64,000 bases of DNA from Planctomycetota bacterium. GTDB lineage: Bacteria > Planctomycetota > UBA1135 > UBA2386. Below are positions 20,801 to 28,426 of this stretch, piece after piece (within the stretch, counting starts at the first letter, position 1; each line of letters starts with the position of its first letter). Below the pieces are notes generated by a model. The model worked only from the letters and a program-made list of their open reading frames with translations. It did not search any database and had not been told where the DNA came from. The DNA lies in contig OZ245838.1 in assembly GCA_965228735.1 (NCBI GenBank), positions 5,664,001 to 5,728,000 of the forward strand, in the 5' to 3' direction. The position numbers were made by a program, and so were the translations under genes.

Positions 20801-21167
20801 GGACGGCGCCGCGGAACGGTTCGTCGAGCGCGAGCACCGCGGCGACGACGCGCTGGCGGACCTCCTCGCAGGCGAGGATCTCCGTCGTCGATGGACTCTG
20901 TGGTTCGGCCAGGTCGGCCGCCGCGCGTTCGCGACGTTCGCGCCGTCTGATGTCACGCCGGCGGTTCGAGGCGGCGCCGCGCACGACGCGGGCGAGCCAG
21001 GAGCGCGGCTGCTGCACGTTCTGGCCGTGGCGCAGGGCCCGGACCCAGGCGTCCTGCGCGAGGTCGTCCGCATCGTCGCCGCCGCTCGTCAGCTGCCGCG
21101 CCAGGGCCCGGACGAAGTCGCCGTGCGCCAGCAGACGGTCCATCGTGTCGGCCTGGGACGTGGTCAT
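17844..21167 (-). CDS. ECF sigma-70 factor fused through a TM helix to a large extracytoplasmic carboxypeptidase-regulatory-like region
   Basis: Region 2 FVRALARQL..DADDLAQDAW..SWLARVV and region 4 SSEEIAARHGIAVATVRSRVKRGL. TM LLVAAALMLLAFSAWVA. Repeated motifs TDADGRARI, VDDGGAPVAG, TDAEGHVRW, LPPGNYRVEI. Confidence 0.9.
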   Translation of the reverse strand: MTTSQADTMDRLLAHGDFVRALARQLTSGGDDADDLAQDAWVRALRHGQNVQQPRSWLARVVRGAASNRRRDIRRRERRERAAADLAEPQSPSTTEILACEEVRQRVVAAVLALDEPFRGAVLARFYECLSSEEIAARHGIAVATVRSRVKRGLDHLRTRLDARSGGRRDAWAGPLLLLATDPLPTPAPAPALALLAMSTPKKLLVAAALMLLAFSAWVATANLWRSPEQPAAAPTTERVGAMATGEGRVDETGERDREAVTTPVVNANATADRGHRFPVTDEPTVPVDVLVLDDESGAPVANADLFFLPVGIDFRSPAARRDRALQENWTSDAFLRREGEHAKTDADGRARIRLPLTGNRVLAALGDRTVREHIRPTDLIAGQPATLWLGPARWLRIRLVDDGGAPVAGKLIEYSNGATGTLVPEQCGYGGKAGPSDENGIIRLRARIDRDRFHVRPRTVGQSPYVRLDLESALHRVTELRYPATGTVTVELRSPSGRPVASEIDAWVAPIPLGHPSELHGASTWTRSEPGTLHVPEVELNQTLDVSARIRTPSFRAERQIQGPTEPGEELRVVMTTDLEPCEVRARLAFPDGTPAAERSVRINAKAGRRRCLHQAVTDAEGHVRWVVPVGGALAGTIQLESQPSQHGERQQQCTFELERAAAGELHDLGTLTLTGDDVVVAGTLDIDDSRWSGPPVKVVVEVPHETRGWHWLGSVTVHPGYDPTFTLRGSTTAERVRVRVAAAGHFIVPQPIETAPGDDDVTVRIERGQPLTAKVIAPAAHARSIDCRVVRHDGASLPRTSDESDDGEPRRETARLVDCRGDTATFSWPALPPGNYRVEIRAPGMPAPVVSLDGVLVEPGALPDPRLDPIDLRPHIRILRVQVAPLPSGPQPVTAGGAFTAPAGDATTARDGLMFDANGRADLLVGPGPVDVVAAMPGHRLWRRPAVSADSVQVTFEPCLEVPVRLAPNVAARFAGCRVDIQLEPREGERESALVRLRRRGRRELAVHTRTTRLQALLGTGSGTIVDAATGRGTVPISAPGMFSVGVKVHGAKHRVHVDERFTSWRRNPVSPQRVSLSGDGDPEIVIDIEDEVITKALERLARRR

Positions 21168-21336
21168 CGCAGCACTAGACCCCAGCGAGGGTGCTGGCGT
21201 GCCCGGATTTCCGAATGCCTCGGCTTCGGCGCGGGGCGCTGGATCCGACGAATACGGGGAAAAGCGGCGGTCGCACCGGTCCGTTCGCGCCGTGGTGGGT
21301 GAGCCAACGAAACAGTCCCGACCACCGGAGCCAGCC

Positions 21337-23217
21337 ATGTCCATTCGCCACCAGTTCCTGTTCGCCGCCGTCCTCGCGGCCGCCCCCCTCGCCGCGCAGA
21401 ACCACACGTGCGGCGGCTACGTGATCACCGACGACAACGGCGTGCGCGTCGTCGACGCGCAGGGAACGCAGGCGTTCCACACCGTACTCGGCAGCTACCC
21501 CAACGCGCAGGTGTCGAACGTCGGACCGCGGCTGCTCGTCACGGACAACGCCGGCACGCGCATCATGACCCGGTCGGGCGTCGTGCTCGGCGGGCTGATC
21601 AGCAACCTCGGCAACTACCAGTCGGTGCGGTTCGGCAACGACCGCGTCGTCGTCGTTGACTACGACCGCGTGCGGATCTTCGACCTCGACGGCAACCAGG
21701 TCGGCGCGGACATCCCGCAGACGCAAGCGACGCAGAACAACAACAACCGGCAGAGCGTCGAGGTCGGCTCGGGCCGCGTGGTCGTGATCGACGACGATCA
21801 GCTGCGCATCTTCGATCGTGATGGCAACACGGTCGGTTCGCCGCTGGCCAACACCGGCAGCTTCAAGCAGCGCGTCCGGATCAGCGGCGATCGCCTCGTC
21901 GTCGTCGACGACAACCGGGTCCAGATTCTCGACCAGGACGGCCTGCCGAAGGGCGCGCCGATCACGAAGACCGGGACCAACCGGCAGTCCGTCAAGGTCG
22001 ACGGCGATCGCGTGATCGTCATCGACGACGATCGCGTTCGGATCTTCGACAAGGACGGCGCGGCTCAGGGCGCGCCGATCACCAAGACGGGCACGTCGCG
22101 GCAGCAGGTCAAGGTCTGCGGCAACCGGATCATCATCATCGACACGGACCGGGTCCGCGTCTTCGATCGCAACGGCGGCGCGGTGGGCGCGCCCGTGACG
22201 CGAACGGGCAGCAACCCGCAGACCGTCGAGACGACCAAGGACCGGATCATCATCACGGACGACAACCGCACGGAGATCTTCGACAAGGACATGAACGTGC
22301 AGGGCGCGCCGATCCAGCGCGTCGGTCTCGACCGCCAGCTGATCACGGTCTCGGACGACGCCGTCGTGATCGTCGAGCAGAACCAGACCCGGATCTTCGA
22401 CAAGAACGGGGCGGCGCAGGGCGCGCCGATCGGCAAGACCGGTCTCGAGCCCCAGCGCGTTCGCATCGACGGCAACCGCATCCTCGTGACGGACGACGAC
22501 CAGGTGCGCGTGTTCGATCTCAGCGGCGTCCAGATCCGGCAGATCCCGGTCACCTACGTCGAGGAATACGACGTGCTGCTGTTCCAGAACTTCTTCACGG
22601 TCGTCGACAACTTCGCGACGGTGACGATCTACGACCGCGACGGCAACCAGCTCGGCAGCCCCGTTGCCGTTGGCTACGGCGTGCAACACGTGCAGGCGAC
22701 CGCCGGCCGCATCCTCATCATCGACGACAGCGACGTGCGCATGTTCGACGCGACGGGCGCGCAGGTCGGCAGCACCGTCACGACGGTCGGCGAGCCCTAT
22801 GCCCAGGAGATCTGCTTCGTGGCCGGCAACCTCGAGCCCTACGGCAACGGTTGCGGCGCGGCCACGCAGGACGCGGTCGGTGATCCGCGGGTCGGCGGCG
22901 ACGTGAGCTACCAGCTGCTCGGTGCGCCCGCCTCGGCGCTCGGCATGTGCGGCATCGACTTCGGTCGCCTGCCCGTGCCGCTGGACCTCGGCATCTACGG
23001 CGCGCCCGGCTGCCTCGTCTACAGCGGCGCCGCGATCGCCCACCCGCTCGTGACCGGCACCGAAGGGTTCGGCGAGATCAACATCGAACTGCCGCTCGAC
23101 GAGGCCTTCCTCGGCACGCAGTTCACGACCCAGTTCTTCGTGCTCGATCCGCCAGCGAACGCGCTCGGCGTGATCACGACGGGCGCGGTCGAGACCACGC
23201 TCGGTCAGGGCCTCTGA
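21337..23217 (+). CDS. Secreted tandem-repeat protein (12 x ~39 aa) with the shared C-terminal module
   Basis: Signal MSIRHQFLFAAVLAAAPLAAQ with GGAG upstream, followed by repeats. C-terminus YGNGC..GAPGC..QFFVLDPPANALG. Confidence 0.9.
   Translation: MSIRHQFLFAAVLAAAPLAAQNHTCGGYVITDDNGVRVVDAQGTQAFHTVLGSYPNAQVSNVGPRLLVTDNAGTRIMTRSGVVLGGLISNLGNYQSVRFGNDRVVVVDYDRVRIFDLDGNQVGADIPQTQATQNNNNRQSVEVGSGRVVVIDDDQLRIFDRDGNTVGSPLANTGSFKQRVRISGDRLVVVDDNRVQILDQDGLPKGAPITKTGTNRQSVKVDGDRVIVIDDDRVRIFDKDGAAQGAPITKTGTSRQQVKVCGNRIIIIDTDRVRVFDRNGGAVGAPVTRTGSNPQTVETTKDRIIITDDNRTEIFDKDMNVQGAPIQRVGLDRQLITVSDDAVVIVEQNQTRIFDKNGAAQGAPIGKTGLEPQRVRIDGNRILVTDDDQVRVFDLSGVQIRQIPVTYVEEYDVLLFQNFFTVVDNFATVTIYDRDGNQLGSPVAVGYGVQHVQATAGRILIIDDSDVRMFDATGAQVGSTVTTVGEPYAQEICFVAGNLEPYGNGCGAATQDAVGDPRVGGDVSYQLLGAPASALGMCGIDFGRLPVPLDLGIYGAPGCLVYSGAAIAHPLVTGTEGFGEINIELPLDEAFLGTQFTTQFFVLDPPANALGVITTGAVETTLGQGL
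21412..22817 (+). repeat. Intragenic tandem repeat with a ~117-nt / 39-aa unit
   Basis: Example units GDRVIVIDDDRVRIFDKDGAAQGAPITKTGTSRQQVKVC and GDRLVVVDDNRVQILDQDGLPKGAPITKTGTNRQSVKVD. At DNA level, gggcgcgccgatc recurs. Confidence 0.9.
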
Positions 23218-23248
23218 TCGAACGATCGCGCGCCGCGCTCCCGATCAC

Positions 23249-23284
23249 CCCCGTCGACTTCGCGATCGAGGTCGATGGGGTTGT
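23249..23284 (+). terminator. Probable intrinsic terminator
   Basis: ccccgtcgacttcg-cgat-cgaggtcgatgggg followed by ttgt. Confidence 0.55.
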
Positions 23285-23324
23285 CGTTCGTACCTGGCAC
23301 CGTACCCACCCCTAGACTGGGGGG

Positions 23325-25697
23325 ATGGTTGGTCTTGCGGTTGTCGTCGCGTTGGTGGTCGCGCCTCAGGAGCCGGTTCGGGTCGGGCCGCTGCGGTTCG
23401 ACGATCGGCCGGCGGAGCGGGCGGCGGGGGAGTGGGGGTTTCGGCCGGCGGACGGCGCGCGCCTCGCGACCGCGGTGCGGGCGTTCACCTGGCGGCCGCA
23501 GAAGGACGCGGCCAGCTACTTCGTGCAGGTCGCACGCGACCCGGAGTTCGAAGACGTCGTCGCGTCGCGGATGGGCGTGTCGCTGCCGGTCTGGTGCCGG
23601 CCCGCTTTGCCGACCGGCGTGCCGCTCTACTGGCGCTGTTCCTATCGCACGATGCACTACGAGCCGTACTCGACGTGGAGCTCGGTGCGGCAGTTCACGA
23701 TCGCGGTCGATGCGCGCGACGGCGCGGCCGGGGCGCGCGCGTTCGATCGGAAGCGCATCCGCGAATACGTGCCCAAGGCGCACCCGCGGCTCTTCATGCG
23801 GCCCGAGGACCTCGTGCTCTTGCGCGACGCAGCCCGGTCCCCGCTTGCCGCCAACACCGCGGCGCTCGTCGCTCGTTGTGAGGGACTGCTCGCCACTCCA
23901 CCGTCGACCGAAGAACCGCCGAAGTATCCGCCCGGCACGAAGCGCGGCAGCGACGCGTGGCGCGAGATCTGGTGGGGCAACCGGCGGCGCACGATCGCGG
24001 TGCTCGAGAACGCGGCGACCCTCGCGTTCACGTATCGTATCACGGAGCGCCAGGAGTTCGGTGAGCTCGGCAAGGAGCTGTTGCTCGCGACGGCAGCCTG
24101 GGACCCGAAGGGCGCGACCGGTTACCGCTACAACGACGAGGCGGGGATGCCGTACGCGTATCACTTCGCGCGCACCTACACGCTCGTCCACGACCTGCTG
24201 ACCGAACCCGAACGGCAGCGCTGCCGCGACGTGATGCGCGTTCGCGGCGAGGAGATGTATCGGCATCTCTGCCCGACGCATCTGTGGCAGCCGTTCAACA
24301 GCCATCGCAACCGCGCGTGGCACTTCCTCGGCGAGGTCGCGATCGCGTTCCACGGTGAGATCCCCGCGGCGGACGACTGGCTGTGGTTCGCCGTGAACGT
24401 GTTCGGCAGTTGCTATCCGGTCTGGAGCGGGCCCGAGGACGACGGCGGCTGGCACGAGGGCATGGCCTACTGGCACAGCTATCTCTCGCGCTTCACCTGG
24501 TGGGCGGACGTGATGAAGACGGCGATCGGGATCGACGCGTACCGCGAGAGCCGATTCTTCGAACGGGTCGGTGACTGGCCGCTCTACGTGACGCCGCCGG
24601 GCACGCGCGGCGGCGGCTTCGGTGACCTCACGGGCCGGCGGACATCGCAGCACCAGGCCGCGCTCATGGCGCTGTTCGCGCAGCAGGCGCGGAACGGTCA
24701 CTGGCAGTGGTTCGCCGAGCGGCACGGCAACGCCGCGTTGCCGAAGCGGGACGACTGGATCGCGTTCATCCGGGGGGCGGCAAGTCCGCTCGCGGGCGTC
24801 ACGCCGACGGCGCTGCCCACCTCGCGCTTGTTCGCCGGGGTCGGGCAGGCCGCGCTCAATACGACGTTGCTCGACGCGCGGGACAACGTGCAGGTCCTGT
24901 TCAAGAGCAGTCCCTACGGCACGCAGAGCCACGGCTACGAGGCGCAGAACTCGGTCCTGCTCTACGCCCACGGCGAACGATTGCTAATCCGTAGCGGGCG
25001 CCGGGACCAATACGGCAGCGACCACCATCGCAATTGGATGTGGTCGACGCGTTCGACCAACTGCGTCACGCTCGACGGCGGCCGGATCGGCCAGGGGCGA
25101 CGCACCGCCAGCGCGGTCGGGGAGATCGTCGCGTTCTCCACGAGTGACTGGTGCGACTGGGTCGAGGGTGAGGCCGGGGCGGCCTACGGCCATCGGGTCG
25201 AGTCGTTCCGCCGCGGCATCCTGTTCCTCAAGCCACACGCCGTCGTGATCTTCGACCGCATCCGGACGAAGTCGGAGCACACGTTCGACTTCTGGTTGCA
25301 TGCCGAGCGGCCGTTCGAGATCGAGGGCGATGCCGCGCGAGCGCGTCTCGCGGTCGGCGAGGCGCGGTGCAGCATCGATTGGCTCTCGGCAGCGAAGTTG
25401 CGCATCGTGCAGACGGATCGGTTCGACCCGCCGCCGCGGCCGCGCGTCGAGCTCGTGGAGCACCACCTGACGGCCTCGACGATCGAGCCGGCCACGACGT
25501 GGGATTGCGTCACGGTCGTGCGACCGCACCGCGCCGAGGCGGAGCCGATCCCGTTCGACGTGATCGAGCCGATGCCCGGTTTCGACCGCGCGCTCGCATT
25601 CGAGGTCGACGGCGCCTCGGTGGACGTTCAACTCGGTCGCAGCGGTGACGTGCTCGTGCGAGCCGGTGCGCGAAGGTTTCTCGTCGAAGCGCGCTGA
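23325..25697 (+). CDS. DUF4962 / heparinase II/III-family polysaccharide lyase-like protein
   Basis: HPRLF, DGGWHEGMAYW, FGD, SHGYEAQNS..SG..YGSDHHRNW..STNCVT, AVVIFDRI..FWLHA. N-terminal signal ending VAPQ. Confidence 0.8.
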   Translation: MVGLAVVVALVVAPQEPVRVGPLRFDDRPAERAAGEWGFRPADGARLATAVRAFTWRPQKDAASYFVQVARDPEFEDVVASRMGVSLPVWCRPALPTGVPLYWRCSYRTMHYEPYSTWSSVRQFTIAVDARDGAAGARAFDRKRIREYVPKAHPRLFMRPEDLVLLRDAARSPLAANTAALVARCEGLLATPPSTEEPPKYPPGTKRGSDAWREIWWGNRRRTIAVLENAATLAFTYRITERQEFGELGKELLLATAAWDPKGATGYRYNDEAGMPYAYHFARTYTLVHDLLTEPERQRCRDVMRVRGEEMYRHLCPTHLWQPFNSHRNRAWHFLGEVAIAFHGEIPAADDWLWFAVNVFGSCYPVWSGPEDDGGWHEGMAYWHSYLSRFTWWADVMKTAIGIDAYRESRFFERVGDWPLYVTPPGTRGGGFGDLTGRRTSQHQAALMALFAQQARNGHWQWFAERHGNAALPKRDDWIAFIRGAASPLAGVTPTALPTSRLFAGVGQAALNTTLLDARDNVQVLFKSSPYGTQSHGYEAQNSVLLYAHGERLLIRSGRRDQYGSDHHRNWMWSTRSTNCVTLDGGRIGQGRRTASAVGEIVAFSTSDWCDWVEGEAGAAYGHRVESFRRGILFLKPHAVVIFDRIRTKSEHTFDFWLHAERPFEIEGDAARARLAVGEARCSIDWLSAAKLRIVQTDRFDPPPRPRVELVEHHLTASTIEPATTWDCVTVVRPHRAEAEPIPFDVIEPMPGFDRALAFEVDGASVDVQLGRSGDVLVRAGARRFLVEAR

Positions 25698-25983
25698 GGG
25701 TGCGACTCGGAGGCATCGACGCGGCAGTCCCTCGACGACGGCTGCGGTCCGAACACAATGGGTATCCGACCGCGCGGTGCTATCGCGAACTCGAGAGCAA
25801 CGGCGCGCGGTCGGGCGGTGCGGTCGATCGGAACGAGGCCACATACGAGTCGCCGTTACCCGGTTTCCTTGCGCCGTACAGGGCGTATTCGGCCGCAAAG
25901 GCGTCTGGACAAGTCACGACTTCGAGCCATACTTCTGGCGATTCCCCTGTCCTCCCTGACAACTCAGCCAAGGATAATCATCC

Positions 25984-27477
25984 ATGCTTAAGCTTTCCCT
26001 TGTTCTGTCCGCGACTCTGTGCGCGAGCGTGTCGGCGCAGTCGCCGCTCACCACGACGTTCGCCGACAACAACTCCGGCTCGGCCGGTGGTGCGGTCTAC
26101 TTCGATCTCACGTCGTCGACCGACCTGTCCGTTACCGGCTTCGACCTCAACTGTGCTGACACGGTCGGCGGCAGCGCGGTCGACATCCATGTCTACTGGC
26201 GCGTCGGCTCGTTCCTCGGTTTCGAGAGCAGCCCGGCCGGCTGGAACGATGGTGGCGTCGACACCGGTGGTGTCCTGGCGCAGATCCGCGGCACGCCCAC
26301 TCCGTTCACGCTCACCACGCCGCTCTGCGTTCCGCAGGGCACCACGATCGGTGTCGCGATCCAGATGAACGGTGTCGGCAACGCCTACACCAACGGCACC
26401 AACCCGGGGGCCGGCAACCAGTTCGCCAACGCGGAGCTGACCCTCGACGCGGGCTCGGCCTCGAACGTCCTCTTCACGGGCTCGCCGTTCAACCCGCGCA
26501 TGGTCAACACGAACGTGCACTACACGCTCGGCGCTTGCACCCCGTACGCCGCCCCGACGCTCGTCGGCACGACGGAAGCGATCCCGATGACCAACCCGCT
26601 GACCGCGAGCGGCGGCAGCTTCGGCGACAACCAGTTCGTGCGCTGGAACTTCTCGGATCCGCTCAACGGCAGCCCGGGTCTGTTCTGCGTCGTCGGCCTC
26701 AACTTCGGCCCTCCCGGTGGTCCCGCCATCGCGACGACGCCCGGCATCCCGGGTCTGACCCTGCAGTGGGCCGCGTCCACGCCGGTCGGCACGCTGTTCC
26801 AGCTGCCGCCGAACGTGATCGGCGCCGGTGACTTCCTCCTGCCGATCCCGGCCGGCATCTTCGGCAACGGTGACACGATCAAGATCCAGGGTGCGATCCT
26901 CGACCCGGCCCGCTCCACCAACCCGTTCGGCGTGGTCATCACCCCGAACGACATGCTGTTCAGCTACACGAACTGTGGCTTCGGCGAGAGCTTCGACGGC
27001 GGCACGACGCTGCCCGCTGGCTGGACCGAGACCGGCACGGCCAACTGGACCGTCAACTCGGGTGGCACGACCTCGTCGGCCACCGGCCCGACGGCCGCCA
27101 ACAGCGCGCCGAACTACATCTACGCCGAGACCAGCGGCGCGGGTGGCACGAGCACGTTCATCGTGGACACGCCGTCGCAGCCGTCCTCCGTTGCGGCCAA
27201 CAACATCCTGAGCTTCAGCCTGAGCCGCATCGGCGCGTCGATCGGCACGCTGAACGTCCTCATGGATGACGGCACGGGCAACTTCGTCCAGATCGCCACC
27301 TACACGGGTGCCGATCCGGCGCAGACCCAGGGCGGCACCGAGTGGAGCTTCGAGAACGTGGACATCACGGCCGGCGGCACGATCGTCGTGCCGGCGAACC
27401 TGATCTTCCGCTTCGAGTACACCGCCGGCGGCACGTTCACCGGCGACCTCGCGATCGACGACGTCTGCGTCAACTGA
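25984..27477 (+). CDS. Secreted multidomain protein with a C-terminal MAM-like domain
   Basis: Signal ..ASVSAQ with aagga upstream. MAM-like motifs ESFDG..GW..WTVNSGGTTSSATGP..YIYAETSG..FRFEY..GDLAIDDV. Codon bias is strong. Confidence 0.8.
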   Translation: MLKLSLVLSATLCASVSAQSPLTTTFADNNSGSAGGAVYFDLTSSTDLSVTGFDLNCADTVGGSAVDIHVYWRVGSFLGFESSPAGWNDGGVDTGGVLAQIRGTPTPFTLTTPLCVPQGTTIGVAIQMNGVGNAYTNGTNPGAGNQFANAELTLDAGSASNVLFTGSPFNPRMVNTNVHYTLGACTPYAAPTLVGTTEAIPMTNPLTASGGSFGDNQFVRWNFSDPLNGSPGLFCVVGLNFGPPGGPAIATTPGIPGLTLQWAASTPVGTLFQLPPNVIGAGDFLLPIPAGIFGNGDTIKIQGAILDPARSTNPFGVVITPNDMLFSYTNCGFGESFDGGTTLPAGWTETGTANWTVNSGGTTSSATGPTAANSAPNYIYAETSGAGGTSTFIVDTPSQPSSVAANNILSFSLSRIGASIGTLNVLMDDGTGNFVQIATYTGADPAQTQGGTEWSFENVDITAGGTIVVPANLIFRFEYTAGGTFTGDLAIDDVCVN

Positions 27478-27534
27478 TCGATCGAGGCTGCCCGCTCGCG
27501 ACCCTCGCCGGTCGCGAACGGGTCGGTTCCGAAC

Positions 27535-27570
27535 GAACGGGCGCGCACCTTCGGGTGGGCGCCCGTTCTT
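27535..27570 (+). terminator. Intrinsic terminator with a cUUCGg loop
   Basis: gaacgggcgcgcacc-ttcg-ggtgggcgcccgttc-tt, a 15-bp stem with 1 mismatch. Confidence 0.7.
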
Positions 27571-27607
27571 CGTACCGGGAGGTTCCCCGCGGCCTTCGTC
27601 GGCGCGT

Positions 27608-27997
27608 TCAGCCGGGATACACCGTGCCCGTCTGCACGAAGCACAGCGGATTGCCCCACTCGTCCTCGGCGTAGAACGATCGTTCGCCCCACGGCCGCAC
27701 GGTGATCGCGCCGCCGGGCTCGCCGTGGACCGGCTCCTTCGACAGCCAGCCGAGTGCTTCGGCGCGCGCGAACACCGGCTCGAGGTCGTCGACGGTGAAG
27801 TAGAGCGCCTTCGGCACCGGGTGCGGCTGCTCGACCTCGACGACCTGCAGCGTGACGCTGCCCGCATCGAAGTAGCAGCGGGCGCCGGGCGACTTGCGGC
27901 CGGTCTGGTCGAGCAGCTGGCCGTAGGTTTCGAGGGCGCGGTCGAGATCCCCGACCTGCAGGTCGAGGCGGAACAGAATGGGAGCGTCGTCGGTCAT
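27608..27997 (-). CDS. VOC / glyoxalase family protein
   Basis: VGDLDRALETYGQLL, LYFTVDDLE, PWGERSFYAEDEWGNPLCF. Confidence 0.9.
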   Translation of the reverse strand: MTDDAPILFRLDLQVGDLDRALETYGQLLDQTGRKSPGARCYFDAGSVTLQVVEVEQPHPVPKALYFTVDDLEPVFARAEALGWLSKEPVHGEPGGAITVRPWGERSFYAEDEWGNPLCFVQTGTVYPG

Positions 27998-28025
27998 CGG
28001 AGCGGTCGTCGTCGGGTTGGGCGGG

Positions 28026-28346
28026 TCAGTACGGACGTTTGAAGAACCACGCGAGCCAGTCGCGGGCGACGGCGAGGCGGCGCTGGTCGAGCTTGTAGAT
28101 GCGAGCGCGACCCTGCTTCTCGATCGCGACGAGGCCGGCGGTCGAGAGCACGCGCAGGTGGCGCGTCGTCGTCGGCCACGCGTGATCGAACATCGCGGCG
28201 ATGTCGCCGGCGGTCATCGAGCCGCCCTCGAAGTTGAGGGTCATCAGGATGTGGCGCCGGGCCGGATGCGCGAGCGCCGTGAAGAGCTCCTGATACAGAT
28301 CGCTGCCGGAGTCGGCAGGTTTCGGGGAGCGCTTCCTGGCGGCCAT
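28026..28346 (-). CDS. ArsR/SmtB family transcriptional regulator
   Basis: FTALAHPARRHIL..TAGDIA..TTRHLRVLSTAGLV..GRARIYKL. Confidence 0.9.
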   Translation of the reverse strand: MAARKRSPKPADSGSDLYQELFTALAHPARRHILMTLNFEGGSMTAGDIAAMFDHAWPTTTRHLRVLSTAGLVAIEKQGRARIYKLDQRRLAVARDWLAWFFKRPY

Positions 28347-28347
28347 G

Positions 28348-28379
28348 GCCTTTAGTTAGCGAATACGCTAACTAAAGGC
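28348..28379. promoter_or_regulatory. Perfect 14-4-14 inverted repeat, probable ArsR operator
   Basis: gcctttagttagcg-aata-cgctaactaaaggc is AT-rich and lies 1 nt from the ArsR start codon. Confidence 0.8.
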
Positions 28380-28426
28380 AAGGCGTTGCCGCCGGTTTCT
28401 CGACCGGGCGGCTGCCCGTCCCGGCG

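Noticed and set aside
21412..22817. Regularly spaced DNA repeats as a possible CRISPR array
   Set aside because: They are degenerate in-frame coding repeats with synonymous variation. There is no constant repeat with unique spacers and no cas genes.
25698..25983. Long intergenic region as a riboswitch or ncRNA
   Set aside because: I could not identify a known aptamer motif or a convincing structure by eye.
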